NCBI GenBank assembly: GCA_039621445.1
Contig: CP154954.1
Location: 25,122,954 to 25,186,953, forward strand
DNA length: 64,000 nucleotides
Direction: 5' to 3'
Origin: Euglena gracilis
Lineage: Eukaryota
Position 1 is the first letter of the stretch; the number at the start of each line of letters is the position of its first letter. Made by a program: the position numbers and the translations under genes. The notes beneath the pieces were generated by a model. The model searched no databases. It was given only the letters and a program-made list of their open reading frames with translations, and had not been told where the DNA came from. Below, in pieces: positions 1 through 14,029 of the stretch.

Positions 1-3000
1 CCACTCACAGTGAGTCCAGTGCCGATACCGCGGCCCTCATTTAATATATGTGGATGCACCGTGCTCAGCACAGGTCGAGCCTTTAGCTTTTGACCTGGCA
101 CACAATATCAGTCCCATCCACCCCGCCCCCCCTCCCCCTCCAATCGATGCCTCCACCACTACTCTGCCACGGCCCCATTCCAGTCCATTTCCATTTCAGA
201 AGCATCAGATTCCAAAGATTTTTTTCACATTCAAAAACCTCCAGTCAGGAACATCACAGAATCAAACAAGCAAAAGATGCAATACATCGACATGGATTGA
301 ACGTGTCATTACGGTGCAAAAAAATAAAGTTTCGCTTTTTAAAGCTTTTCGGCATTGGATAGTCACTCAATCTCGCTCTTAATCTCTTTCTTGTTCCTTT
401 GTGCATTTGTGGAAAGGAACGTCGAGTTTTATTTTGGGTAGGTTAGGGTCCAAATCCTGGCCGGGTGACAGGCCCCTCCTTTTGGTTGCTTTTGGATTTG
501 CCGTAGATGAGCACCAATCACAATCCTCGCCATGCGTAACAGAGAAGGGGATCAAACACATCATATATTTTCTTTCAAGAAACGGAAGCATGTAAAAACA
601 AACAAAAAAGAAACTCCCGGAGAAGAACTTGAGGTCTCCACCGCGGATGCGAGGTAATCCTTGCATCTTCCCACCCAAACCCAAACCTTTACGAAGGTCC
701 CTCTGATGTCTCCCATACCCCCCCCCCCCCAAGTTCTTGGACAGGGAAGAGCAGGCTGCTATTTGGCACAAATATTGCATCTGTTTCTTATTGCAAATCC
801 TTTGCGTTAGTGACTGTTTTTGCATCAGTTTTTTTCTTCTTCCTCGGAAAAGGTAGCCTCTGCACTGGTGCATTGAGAGGGTACAGAATGGGCGTGTGCC
901 TGTGTGGGTCAGTTGGGATGTTCATTTCTGGCACCAAGGAAGGGAAATTTGAGTTATTTATATTTGGTTCCTCCGTGGAACTCTGCTTGTTGGTCTACAC
1001 TTTCCCATCCTTGTTTCATCACTGTCATGGCATCACCTGCCACCTGCAGGTATTTGATCCTTTCCTCACCCTCTTTTTTTTGCTTTATTCTCTATTTAAA
1101 TTGTGTAAATCTTGGTGTAAAAGAAGAAAAGAATCAAGAGTAACCCCCCCCAAATAACCTGGCGGGGTGCCAGGTTATTGGAACCAACTTTTGGCCCTGC
1201 CCCCGCTAGTTTATTTGGGCCCTTTTTTTCAGCACCATAAAGGAATTTTGCCTCTTAAGGGGTGCCAAGTTACTGGATCCATCTTTTTTGACCCTCCCCC
1301 CGCCACGAGCAAGGACCCCGCCAGGTTATTTGGGGGGGTTTTTAGTGCCTTTTTATTGCTGAAATCCATTTTCATACACACTGGATTATTCCTGTATAGT
1401 TCTTTCGGCTTTTATTTGTGCCTGCCGAGCTTTGGTTTGACTCCCAACTTAAAATTTTTTTGCCAATCTACTCAGAGGGAACAGTGTAATGGTGAATGGT
1501 CGCTTTTTCCGCGGTTGAACTTTTTAGTCCGTATTGAAGTAACCCCCCCCCCCCCAAATGTAAAGCCCCCCCCCCGCCGCTTTATATTTGGGTGTAATTT
1601 CAAGACCCTCAGGGGGGCTTCATCTTTGGGAGGGGGGGGGCTTTACATATTTCTGGGGGGATAATTCAAAGTTTCTGGGTGAATTCCACAAACTGCCATT
1701 GCTTACTAATATTGTCGAATGCCAATTTTATACAAATTTCTGTCTTCTCCAAAAATGAAGATTTTATTAACCCGAAAATTTTGGTCATTTCCGGTGGAAA
1801 GTTGCTGTGTGCACCCAAAATTTTTCTGCTTTTGCCTCAAACCTGTGAATTGCTTCCTTGCTCTCCTTTTTTTCCGGCAGCAAAATCAAACCCATGGGGG
1901 TAAGGCTTTATATTTTCATATATAAAGACAGGTTTTTTCATTTGGGGGTTTATGTTGGCAGTTCGGAGGTGATACCTTGCTGGGACATGGAACAAGGATG
2001 TGGCAATGGCCTCACTTCAGCGCAGACACTTCTTGTACAGTACATCTGCACCCGGTCTCAGATAACTTCGATGAGTCTCGCTGGCTTGGGTGCACGCTTC
2101 CGTTTTTGATCCCCCTTTTTTTGTGCTTCCGGGGGGGGGGGGCTCTCTTCAGCAAGTTCCCCCTAGGAGTTTGGCTGAATGTTGTGTTCATGTGCCACCC
2201 CCATTTGGTTGGATGCCCTCCCAGCCTCCCGACAGGGCACACTGGGTGTTCATGGGGTTCTTGCATTGTTACGACATACGGGAGCATTTCTGTGTGATTG
2301 TAAGACAGCCTGTGCCCTGTCCCCCTCCCCCCCAGGCCTTGTACAGACTGAGAGGGTAAATTGTGTGCCACTGGGGTGAGCCATGGCCTCGGTCTGTGTT
2401 GGAGCTTTATAAATTGGTGCACATCCCTCTTGCCCCCCCCCCCTCTGTTTAAGCCCCACCCCCCTGGTTCTTCTTCTTTTTACGGAAGTGCGCACCCTGC
2501 TGGGTGCCTTGGGCAGGCAGGGGGGAGGGGTTCGACGGGGGGGGGGGGGTCGGATTCTGGGGTGGGTAGTGCTATAGCATCCCCCCCGCCTCCGTGCCGA
2601 AGGTGCTGGGGCCCGAAAATGGACATTTTCAAAGGAAAATTGGCTGGGTCGGCGGCAGCCACCGGGGTCCAGATCGACGTGCCTGCTATGGGCACCCCAT
2701 AGGACAAGGACCCCCCCAGGCTTGGTGAAAGAAGCCTGGTTGTTACCAAAGGTCCAATGGTCATCTTCTTGGTAAACGCCTTTCTCGTGTATTTTCTTGA
2801 CCAAATTTCTCGAAACTGCGATAACGCAGAAGCTTCTGAAGCTTGACATGGTGAGTTATTGTTGATTTTCACCTCTTCCTTCATTTTGAACAAGGTCCCC
2901 AAAAACAAGGGTTTTTTTCGGAGCTAAAAACGGATTTTTTTTTCAGTCAGATTGCTCTCCCCCCTGAGTAAGCATCCCTAGGTTCTTACCCATGCTGCCA

Positions 3001-6000
3001 TAAAGTCTTTCACTGGTCACTCGTTGTTGGCATCTTTTTGTCTGCATCAATTTTTTTGAGGTCAGTGCAAGAGTCACAAGAATGACGGAAGCAGCCCAAT
3101 TTCCTCACATCCCACCTGTCCAACGCCTTTTGGCTTCGAAACGTGGCCAAATTTTTGACACCAATGCACACAGCACCGAGTTAGCACGCTGTCTGGTCCA
3201 ATGCTGCTTTGGGAGTTCATTTTCCATTCAAGGGTATAACCACTTGGCTCCCCCCCAATGAAGGTAAATTTTCATTTCCCACTTCATTTCATAGCTTGTC
3301 CTCCGCAAATCACCCGGTATTGTTTTTCCTTCCTGTCTTTTCTGTCTGAACTTGTCGGGCTACCAAATGCCTCACCTCTCTTCGGTGCCTCCCGTCGGTG
3401 AGCCCGCTGGGCCACCAACATGTATATTTGTGCCCGGTGGAAAGTGGTCTCAAAACCTGCAGCTGAGAGTTTGTTTTATATATTGTCCATCTGCATCTCC
3501 ACAATACTCTGCATGGTGACGCTTGGTGCGTTTGTACTTTTTTGTTCAGCAATCGGGCAGTGCATTTCACGAATATTTGCAAGCATCTGGGCCTCACAGC
3601 CACGATTTGTCCCTGGGCAAATCGTACCCCTGCCCTGGGAAGCTGTCCTCCAACCTCCGTTGTCGCCATCCAGTTGTCTTGGGGTCCTTCTCTGTGCTTG
3701 CCAACCTGTTATCTGCAGTGCAGACAAAAAACATGGGAGACCAAAATTAAGGAAAAGTATTGCAGGAAAAACTTTCATGGGAAAGTTTTGATTTTACAAA
3801 CAAATAATTATGGGAAAATTCAAAATTTGAAGAAAAACGGTGGTGATTTTTGCCAGGTACAATGAAGATTTTTTTTGGCAAAAAAGCAAACCAGAATGAA
3901 TGGCAGAGATGGACGTCTGCTGGAGGTTTTTATGATTTTGAGTTCTCAAATACCCCCCAAAATTGACAATATCACATTACCCCATTTTTCGTGTTTGAAC
4001 TTCGAACAAACTTGGCCCTGGGCGATAATTTGCGTTCTTCGCCCCCCATTTTTAAGGGCTTTGGTCTACCCCCCCCCCCCCAATGAAAAGCCCCCCCCCC
4101 CCCAGGGGGTTTGGTTTTGCCGCCAAAATGTAAACCCCCCCCTGATGTGGAGCCGGACGATGGTGCCATTCAGGAAAAAATAGAAAAAATTTTGGTGGAT
4201 ACGACCACCAAAATTTGGATAAAAAATTGCCCCATTTTTGGATAAAAAATGCACCTTTTTGGGAAAATAGGAGGTACACAACGAAACATTTGGCATAGAA
4301 TTGGTATTTGGCCACAATTGAGGCCGCCGAAGATCACAGAGCCACCCAAAAAAGTTTCATCCCCCCCAAATCTAAAGCCCCCCCCCCCCCCCCAAATATA
4401 AAGCCCCCTGAGGGCCTTGAAATCCCGTCCAAATATAAAGCCGGGGGGGCTTTATATTTGGGGGGGTTTATTTTGCGCACGGCCCGCCGAAATTCTTTAC
4501 ATGCAAACTTGACCCCTAAGGTTACCCCCCCCCCCCCCGGGCCTTTTCCTTCAATTGTGGCCCGGGTGATGCGCCCGGGGGGGGGGGGGCGGAGGTTCGC
4601 AAATCTGCAAACCTGCGAACAAATATGTTGCTTATTAAAACGTCCTTGAAGGGTATGCACCGGGTGCCTTTATTCATAGGGGGTGAGCCACTACATTGAG
4701 ATAAGCACACAAGTTCGCCAGACAGAACCCATCACACCTTCTCACAGGAAGGGCCCTTCTGCCCCTCTCCCCAGTGCCACAGCACGCAGCCTCTGTCCGA
4801 TGACTCTTTTTTTGTGTGCTTTTTTCTTGGGTATCATGTCTTGTGATCTTTTGAAGTGAACGTTTGCAACAGCCTGTCCTCATTCCATACTGTTGGTTCA
4901 ATTGGCCGTTTCCTGTGAGTTCTGCCATTTCAGGTTCATTTGCTTTAGCTTGATTTGCTTTAAGTTAGGAATATATATCTAAGACACGAGTCTCCCTTGT
5001 TAGGCAGCATTACACTCTGGCTTGCTCCTGCCCTCTTCCAAGTCCTCAAGGTCCTGTGGATGATTTTTTCTGCCGTTCACGGATATTTTGTGTGTCTGGG
5101 CAGGAGTCGGTGTTTGGTTAGGTGGGAATTTCTGAGTTTCTCTGTGAGTTAAATCTGTGTTAGGTGGGAGTTTCCCCCACATTGTCCGAACCGACCCCAG
5201 GTAAGATGAATTTTTCCTTCTGCCACAAGGAGCCGGACTCTTTGGCGTTTTCATCCAAAAATTGCCCCAAATTGTATTTATTTTTTTCGCAATTTTTGCG
5301 CGGCAAAAATTTCGGCACTGCCCAAAATTTTGGTCTGCCCCCCCACCACCACGGTCGAGGGGGTGGGGCACCGCCTCCCTTAACAGTGGTGTTCCTATGC
5401 CTCTCCTTATATCAAACTCTGCCACAAGGCTATTTTCTGGGACCATTTCTGCCAACCATCCGCAAAATGGGCAAGTAAAACTGCCAATTGAGTAGTGACA
5501 ATCCGTTGAGATTATTTGATGCAAAAGAAAAAATGGGAAGAAAACCATTGAGATGACTGAAATCAAAAGAAGTACATCATTTCCTGGGGGGGGAACCATG
5601 TTGCACTTCCACAAAGTAGCTGTATTCCGTTTTTCCAGTTTGACCTTCTTCACACTTTTTTGGGGTGGGGCTCTTTCACCTCTGAACTGATATCAAGCCG
5701 AGAGCATCACCCATGGGATCTTTGCTGTCTCACTTCCTGTGTCTCCCCTGGCCCGGTCTCCCCAGTCCTGTGAATGGGTTGCGCGTCGTCTTGCGCGACC
5801 ATCCTCTCCTGCCCCCATGCCCCCTGGCGCCGGGGTTGCCCCATCGACCCCCGAGCGGTATACAGCCGGAGCCTCTCTGTGGGTGGCTCACAGAGAGGCC
5901 AAGGAATCGCATCCAACAGGTGGCTCCACTCTCCTGCATGCATTTTTGTCGCTTCTGATCCACTTTGGGTGCATTTCGTGCCGCTGGTTGCCCCAGGAGG

Positions 6001-6420
6001 TGCATGAGTGGACCAGAAGCATCCCTGGGAATGTGGGAACCAAATTTTTGCAGCACACCGGCAACTTTTTCTGTCACGGTGGTTGTGGTAGAGAATTTTT
6101 TGTCCTGCTGCAGTGCTGAATAAAATATTCAATGCAACGAACGGGAATGAGCGGGCACAGATTTTTCAAATTTGCCGCGACAATGCAGTGCACAAGGAAA
6201 TTTCTACCGCGGCGCAGCTGGCTCCAAAAAGAATTCTTTCGCTGTGACAGGCGCCAAGCAAAATTATCCTCGGCAAAATGCAGTGGAAAATGCAGTGGAA
6301 ATGACTGATTGTGTTCCAAAAAAAAATGACACATCGGTTTTTCGAACTCCACATGGTGGATGCAGCTGAGCCGGCAGCGTTTGTGGCGTTGAGCTGGCTC
6401 ATTTTTGGGTTCATGGGGGG

Positions 6421-7218
6421 CAGGCACCTACGGCCGACCAGGGCCGACCAGGGCCGACCAGGGCCGACTATGATTTTCAGGACCCCTGTAGGTGGGGGTT
6501 CCGACCAGGGCCGACCAGGGCCGACCAGGGCCGACTTGCATGTGGTTGGCCGACCGAAGGGGAATGTATGAAGGAATTCGGCAGCTTTCCCTCTGGAACG
6601 AGCACCTCCGATGATGCTGGGCGATGCTAGGCGATGCTGGGTGATGCTGTATTTTTGGAGACCAGAGGTGGGGTTTCGATGCTGGGCGATGCTGGGAGAT
6701 GCTGGCATTTTTTTGTATATATTGAAGAACTAAACCCATTTTTGGATAATTTTCTCACAAATCTCCAGTTTTACACCCATTTTGGCCGTTATGGATCAGT
6801 TTTTGCTAATTTGGGGCTATTTGTCACTGATTTGGCAAATATTGGGCTAATTTGGGTCAATATGAGCATTTTTTATGGCATTTTGGCCGTTTTGCGCCCT
6901 TTTGGTAATTTTGGGTCATTTTTCACAACCTTTTGTGGATTTTGTTGGCATTTTTGGGTAATCTTTGGTTATTTCAAGCCATTTTAGGTCATTTTGGTTG
7001 CTTTTGGGGAGCCAATGGAGGCCTTATGGGGCACTTCCTTTTGATCTTGGCGAGACAATTCAGACAATCATTGCATCCCTTCACATTTTTTCTGTGACGG
7101 ATACCCCCACCTACGGCCGACTATTTGCCGATCAGGGCCGACCAGGGCCGACCAGGGCCGACCAGGGCCGACCAGGGCCGACCAGAGCACCAAAATGGGA
7201 AGTGACCATAGGTGCCTG
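6421..7218. mobile_element. Non-autonomous hAT-type element with subterminal 10-mer repeats
   Basis: TIR CAGGCACCTA(C/T)GG at 6421 and CCATAGGTGCCTG ending 7218. Perfect 8-bp TSD ATGGGGGG (6413-6420, 7219-7226). CCGACCAGGG arrays near both ends (6434-6535, 7128-7184). Confidence 0.9.
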
Positions 7219-7294
7219 ATGGGGGGGTCCTTCAGGTCCGCTGCCCTTTCTTTATGACGTCCAAATCTACTCGCTTGTGGCCGGGCCGGGCAGA

Positions 7295-7437
7295 GGGGCC
7301 CCGCGGCCTCCACCTCCGGGGAGGACGTGTCTGCAATTAGCGACGAGGAGGGCAGCAGCAGCGGCGGCAGTGGCGACGAGGGCGGCCGGCTGCTCCGCGG
7401 CGGGCTGACCGCCAGCCAAGTGTTCACCCAGGCGTAG
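7295..7437 (+). CDS. Probable exon fragment, unknown protein (AASTSGEDVSAISDEEGSSSGGSGDEGGRLLRGGLTASQVFTQA*)
   Basis: GC3-rich codon run ending at TAG. Boundaries not resolved. Confidence 0.45.
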
Positions 7438-7896
7438 GCCCCAGCCCTGCCCGGCGCTGGAGTTCCTGGCGACTTCAGCTTGTGAATTGAACACCCACCC
7501 CACCCTACCTACTCGCACCAGGGATTAAAAAGAGGTTGGGCACCAGGGATTGAAAGAGGTTGGGGGGGGCAGCCAGGGGGGGGGGGGTGCTAGACCCCAC
7601 CGCACCCAGAGAGTGGGGGGGGGGTTGGTCCAAGTGGGTCCGTCCTGGAGGGCGTTTTTTATTATCTGTTTTCGACACGAAGTACCAATTTTTTTTGACC
7701 TCAAAGTTGACACCCAAAAAAAGTTGGGATGGGTCGGTGGATATACCCCTGGGGGGGGGGGTGGTGGGGACTCCTCTCCCCCAGTCTTAAAAAAAACATT
7801 CCTGACCCACAAACACACACACACACGCTCGCGCGCGTTAGGGTTAGGAGTTAGGCCTAACTTTGGGCCTAACTTATAGATTACTGTCAGTTGTAC

Positions 7897-8347
7897 AAGT
7901 CAGGCCGAACTCCTGACACTGACCCTATTTCATCAATGACACAAATAATTTTTTGGACCCCCCTGATCCAACTATATGCTTCCCCCGGGGGTTCCATGTA
8001 ATTGGGTCCTGCCACACTGCCAGGTATACATATATATATATATATACATATATACACATGTGTACCAATCTAATCAAGCGTTTGTATATTTGCAAAATGG
8101 CACCGAAATTTTTCACCCACCTGGGAGGCCAAAAGTAACAGGTGCAGAGAAGGAAGCCAATCCACTGTGCAGCCAGGTTTGCAATCACATGCTTGGAGGC
8201 TGACTTCTAGGGGGGGTTCACAAAAGTTGAAGGTCCCAGCTATATGGAACCCCCCGGGGGGCATATTGGATCAGGGGGGTCCAATTTTTTTTTTGCGTTA
8301 TTGATGGTGAGTAATATAGGGTCAGGGTTAGGAGTTCGGCCTAACTT
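7897..8347. mobile_element. Fold-back element with ~110-bp imperfect inverted arms
   Basis: 7897-~8008 (AAGTCAGGCCGAACTCCTGACACTGACCCTAT...GGGTTCCAT) is complementary to ~8231-8347 (ATGGAACCC...ATAGGGTCAGGGTTAGGAGTTCGGCCTAACTT). Confidence 0.8.
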
Positions 8348-9017
8348 AACGCCTAACTTTTAAAACTAACACGGGCAAATCCGGCGTATGACCACCAGAG
8401 GATTTTTTTTAAAGCTTTTTAAAAAAGAGGATTTTTTTAAAAGCTTGGTGGCCGGGGGGGGGTCCTTGCCCGACCCCAGGGTCGGGTCGGGTGGTGACCG
8501 GCTTTCCTCCTTTGCTGCACGAAGCGCTGAAAAATTTCTGCCCCCCCCCCCAAAATCGTGGAGGGATTGGGGGCCCCTCCTCAAGGGCCATTGCTCATCC
8601 CCCTCCCTGGGTTCTTAGAAGAGCCAATGGGCACTGAAAACCCCTCCGTACACCAACCGAGCAGCCTGGGCCGCCTCGGTGCCCCCTGCGCCGGTCGTCC
8701 GGGGCTCCTTCCGTGGGCGGGAGGGGCCGCGCCTGACGCCGCCCGCCCGCCAACCTTTGGGGACACGGTGCCCTCGCCGCGGCCCGCGGAGGGGGGCGGT
8801 GGGGCAGCCAAATTTTCGGCCAATGTTTGCCCGTGTTTGCCCCATTTGTGCCCCCCCCCCCCCTCGAAAGCCAAGGATCCCTAACTGTCCAGCCGCTCAA
8901 AGGGCGGCTGGAAACAAACAACTCGTCGATGGCAGGGATGGCGGCCCCTCAGATGGGAAAGGCTCCTGGTTGGCCAGGGCGGTCCGTAAGGGACGGGATT
9001 TATATATATGTATATAT

Positions 9018-9744
9018 ACATATACATATACATACATACATACATACATACATACATACATACATACATACATACATACATACATACATACATACATACA
9101 TACATACATACATACATACATACATACATACATACATACATACATACATACATACATACATACATACATACATACATACATACATACATACATACATACA
9201 TACATACATACATACATACATACATACATACATACATACATACATACATACATACATACATACATACATACATACATACATACATACATACATACATACA
9301 TACATACATACATACATACATACATACATACATACATACACATACATATACATACATACATATACATACATACATATACATACATACATATATACATACA
9401 ACACACACACGCGCGCGCGTGTGTGTGTTGCGTTGTGTTGTGTTGTGTTGTGTGTATGTGTGTGTTGTGTGTGTGTTGTGTGTGTGTGTGTGTGCGTGCG
9501 TGTGCGCGCGTGTGTGTGTGTGTTGTGAGTGTGTGTGTGTGTGGTTGTGTGTGTGTTGTGTTGTGTTGTGTTGTGTTGTGTTGTGTGTGTGTGTTGTGTT
9601 GTGTGTTGTGTGTGTGTGTGTTGTGTGTGTTGTGTTGTGTTGTGTGTGCGTGTGCGTGTGTGTGTGCGTGTGCGTGTGTGTGTGTGTGTGTGCGTGCGTG
9701 CGTGCGTGTGTGTGTGTGTGTGCGTGTGTGTGTGCGTGTGTGTG

Positions 9745-9776
<32 letters not shown>

Positions 9777-9784
9777 TGTGTGTG

Positions 9785-9832
<48 letters not shown>

Positions 9833-9857
9833 TGTGTGTGTGTGTGTGCGTGCGTGC

Positions 9858-9895
<38 letters not shown>

Positions 9896-9900
9896 GTGTG
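9018..9900. repeat. Compound microsatellite: (TACA)n followed by (TG)n/(TGTTG)n/(TGCG)n
   Basis: Directly visible tandem repeats. Source of the long IHTY/VC pseudo-ORFs. Confidence 0.98.
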
Positions 9901-9989
9901 GTTGCGCAGGGACGCCACCAGGGTCTGGGCGGAGGAAGGGGGATGGGTCTGCTGGTGCACAGGAGGGGCGGCGGTGGGGCAGGGACCCT

Positions 9990-11006
9990 CAAGGGCCCGG
10001 CCGACGCCCAACGGCAGGCGCAGCGCGGCACGACGCTGACGTTCCGGGTGCGGGGCCCCCGGGCCGACCGGGCACGGCCCCAGCCGCTCGTGTACCGCCT
10101 CGTCGCCCTGGGCCTGGCCGGCGGGGCCAGGGAGGGGTACGTACACCGACAAAAAACACACGGAGGTGAATAACAGCGCCAGGCCAGAAGAATGGATAAA
10201 AGTCACCAAACAAAGAGCCACAGCGCAAACAGGGGGGGGGCAGCGGCCAGGGGCCGGCCCACACACCGGGCTGGGAACCATTTGGCGGAAGCCGTTCGGC
10301 TGGTGGGGATTGATTCCCCCGAGCTGAGATGGTGGGAACGTCGGACAGCAGGTTCATATCACAACGGCGCAGGATACATTGAGAAAGCGCAGCAAGGGGG
10401 GGATGGGGGAACTGATTCCAGCAATTTTTCTGCAATTCCCCCCAATGTACGTAATTTTCGCAATTTTTCCAATATGAATCCCCCCTTCATGAGCGCAGAG
10501 TCTTTCTCTGCACTTTTTCAAGGAGCTTGGACTCAGGGACCTGGACAGGAGGAGAGGCAAAAGATGTGAATATTGGGGGTCAGACCGAAATACGAAGAGA
10601 ATATAAAGGATCAAATAATGAGTCAAGGATTATTGGGGCGTTTCCGGGGAGGATTGGCGTTCCTCGTACATACTGAGATTGTTTCATTTGTTGATGCCGC
10701 TCTGAGCTGAACAAGAGAAACCTGAGCGGTTTCCCCAAAAATTCACCGACCGACCATGAACCCCGGCAAACTCTAGCCCAGCACCCCAAATTAATTGTGC
10801 TTCAGGTACTTGCGCGTGGGGCCAGGGACAGGCCCAGGCCTCCCAACCCCACCACCGTGTCGGAGCCGTTCAGTCAAGCCCAACGCCCCATCCGGACCTC
10901 CAGCCGCCAGCACCTCCCCCCTCTTGCCCCCAAGCCCACCCCCGGTGCCCCGCGGCCTCAAGTCCTACCCCTTTACCAGCGATGGGTCCTGGTCATTGTA
11001 TTTGAG
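9990..11006 (+). CDS. Two exons of an unknown protein (~9990-10136 and 10806-~11006) joined by GT-AG intron 10137-10805
   Basis: GAG GG|gtacgt...ttcag|G TAC joins ...[36 protein letters not shown] to YLRVGPG...[16 protein letters not shown] in frame. GC3-rich. Confidence 0.6.
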
Positions 11007-12290
11007 GTGTATCTGCTCTGTTTGTCTTCACCACATCAGTCGTGATTTGTAACAGGTTGCCATTTCTGTGATTTGCATTCCTCTTCCAACGGCAAACCGC
11101 TCAGTTTGGAGCACGTTGTTGATATGCCGTACGGCGCGCAGTGATACCGACGCTAATGCTGGCACGACGGCATTGGCGCACATTGGCAGCGCCGAAAACT
11201 GTCAGTGGGAGTTCCGGTGCTGAAGGCAGTGCTGCGACTCAATTGCACGCCCCTCCCATCTCCGGGTGGCTGACCCCCCCCCCCCCCGGCCCCGCCATCC
11301 CTGCCCTCAACGGAAACAGCCCCTCCAACCAGCGAGGGTGCGGGCCTGAGTCCCCGCCTGCTGTCGACCGGCCTCTCCCTTCACCCGGGCTGGCCCGGCC
11401 CCTGGGATCGTAAAAGGGCACAATAGGGAAAACATTGAACGGAGGGAAGAAATCGCATCTCCTGGAAGTGTCACCGAACCAAGAGTTTGAGTTACGCATT
11501 TGGGGCTGCAACAATGAGGGGCAAAATCACATGATTTTTTTTTTGAGAAAAGCAGAAGTGAACCGATGCATGATGGGAGACATACAACAGGGGTCTTGGG
11601 TGTCCATTTTACGTCCCAAACCATTGCTCAGGAATGGTCAGAGATATCGCATCTCATGATTCCAAAGGTATTTTTTCCCTGTTGTCTGAGGTGAGTATTT
11701 ATTCATAGTGTTTCCAAATAAGAAGCCCAAGCCTTTTCGGAGCTTCTGAGGAGCCCGGTTTGGCGGGGGGCTGCCCCAGGTGACCAATTTTGTCGCCACC
11801 CCCGAACTTTTTCGGGCGATGGTCACCAAATGGAGATAGTTTGTGGTTGTTTGCCAGAGCAGTTCAACCTGTAGGAGTAGTTGAACCTGTCTCGCATCGT
11901 CCTCATATTTACCTCTGCAGAGTGTTCAGCAAACCCAAATAGTCGCCCAATCAGGGTCAAAAACATGGGGAAGCCCGAGTGAGGCGCCGAAGGTGCCATA
12001 TGTAGTAACCCCTGTTAGATGAGGGCAGCTGGCTTCTTAAGGGGGCAACGGATCACGAAAGAAACTTTTTTTTGAGAAAATCCGGGCCTACAAACCTGGT
12101 TATTTGGGCTCTGCAGAGCCTCCACGCAGCCCTTGTCTGAGCCACCTTAGATCCTCCTTCAGGTTACCAGAAATGCAAGCTTCCATTTTTTTTTGTGGTG
12201 GAACCCCAACGTGAAGTTTTGTATTAAACGGCGGCACAGTTTTGTCAAAAACTGATGGTATTTGGTTCCATGCTTTCACTCAAAGATCCC

Positions 12291-12489
12291 CAGCCAGCAG
12301 CTCTTGGGGGACCAGTGGCTGAGGTTTGACTCCGCCGAAGCCATGTGTAACGGGGAGGGAGCACATCACTGCGACACCGGCCAATGCCAACAGGATGGGA
12401 GGGGGGTGGCCGCTGCCAGCCGGACCCCACGGTGCCTGCAGACATGGCTGCTGCCTCAGCAGGTGGTCGCCGAGCCTCTCCCCACGTAG
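12291..12489 (+). CDS. Possible terminal exon(s) of the upstream gene (QQLLGDQWLRFDSAEAM...WLLPQQVVAEPLPT*)
   Basis: Codon-like run ending at TAG, followed by a T-rich UTR-like stretch at ~12550-12660. Confidence 0.4.
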
Positions 12490-13793
12490 CCGCCTCGCCC
12501 GCCCTGTCTTGATGAACGCTGATGGCTTGATCGCATCGAGGTCCATCACAGTATTTTTCTACAATTGGCTTCAGTTTACGTTTGCCAAAGTGGGACGGGC
12601 TTTTGTTTTGTGTGTATTGTTATTATGTTGAATTATTGTTATTATGTTTGTGTTGAATTATAAGGGGTTGTCACCTACCTGGCCAGACACTCCAAGGCAC
12701 TCAACACTCAGCTTCTACCCTACAGTGCACTCAGCCAAGTCGCCATTTTTCAGGGCACAGTTCTGCACAAGACCTGGCAGGCAGACACCCAGCCGGAAAA
12801 ATGTGCGCTGGCTGAAAAAAAAATGTGCTGGCTGGACTCCCTGACCCACGGCTGTGCTTGGATGGCCTTCCTTCCTTCCAACCTTCAGCCAGCCAGCAAC
12901 CTGGCCTGACCTGCAGCCCAGGATGCTGGCTGGCTGGACCCCCCCCCCCCAAGGTTGGGGTTTGTGGTGGGTAGTGCTGTGGCAGAGCCTGTCATGAGCA
13001 CCCGGGGGGTGGGGTACCCTTTGGCTAAACAATATCCCTGACACCGCCAGCTCATCATGCGGGGTACCATCCAGAGGTGAACCCCCACCCAAAAACGGTA
13101 ATTCCATTGTTGGGGGGTTGGGGGCTGCCTACACTGCCATGATCGGTAATAAGAAGCCTGCCTACAGTCCAGAACGGTTGCGAAAACTCTTTCTCTAGCA
13201 TTAGACATTTTTTTAGCATTAGATTTTCACATTTGCCAGGGTCCACAAGCACCAAACCAGGTTTTGAATAGTGGTGAACTCTTAAAGTGACTTGCACGCA
13301 ATGGACAGTCAAAAAGACCAGCATTGCAAATTTCGCACAAATTGCACACCTGCAATTTATGGTAATTTTTGAAATATTAAGCGCTCATACCCCACATACC
13401 CCCTTTCGTATATTTCTTCGAATTTTCTGACCTGGAAATGACCCAAACTGCATGGGTTTCGGGCCAAAAAAGCGGTGCGCCGGGGGTGTCGAAGATGCTC
13501 ATTTTTGGTTCAAAAGAAAACAGTTTTTCCGGGCCCGGGAGGCCCAAAAACATGGTGCAGAATGAGTCTTTTCCCAACAGAAGATTGGGCACATTGATTG
13601 AAGGTGAGGTGCCTTCTGCCTATTGCATGCACTTGGGGTTGATTTTGAACAGTGGTTCCTTTGTGGTGCATCTCTTGCTGGAGTTTTACCTCTGCTTGCC
13701 CATAGAACACCCGCACACCCATTCAGGAGGATCATGCTGATTTTGGCCAACGCTGGGCTGTGTACTGCCTGGTCAGGTAGAGGCCTCAGGGCA

Positions 13794-14011
13794 CAGGGCA
13801 GTACGGGAATCGGCCAAACAGCCAGGGTCATGGGTGGGGGGGTCGACCCCCCAAACACCTCCTCCCCTATTTCCGGGAGCACCAATTTTCGACCGCAATT
13901 TTTTTTCCCGGCGCGGAAGGCACTGGGGAAAATTTGTTAAAAAAATATGTGAGAATGCTGTGGTGGGTGGGGGGGTCAACCCCCCCAACCAGGCCTTCCC
14001 GTACAGCCCTG
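13794..14011. mobile_element. hAT-type MITE, family CAGGGCAGTACGGGAA
   Basis: TIR CAGGGCAGTACGGGAA / TTCCCGTACAGCCCTG. TSD TCAGGGCA/CCAGGGCC (6/8). Homologous to 36330 and 38787. Confidence 0.85.
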
Positions 14012-14029
14012 CCAGGGCCCCCCGGGTCC

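Noticed and set aside
1135-1670. G/C-run elements at 1135-1670, 4340-4600 and 24900-25230 as defined MITEs
   Set aside because: They look like mariner/pogo-type MITE remnants, but I could not fix TIR ends or TSDs.
8679-10281. Long ORFs of 343-496 aa on both strands
   Set aside because: Stop-free translations of (TACA)n and (TG)n microsatellites.
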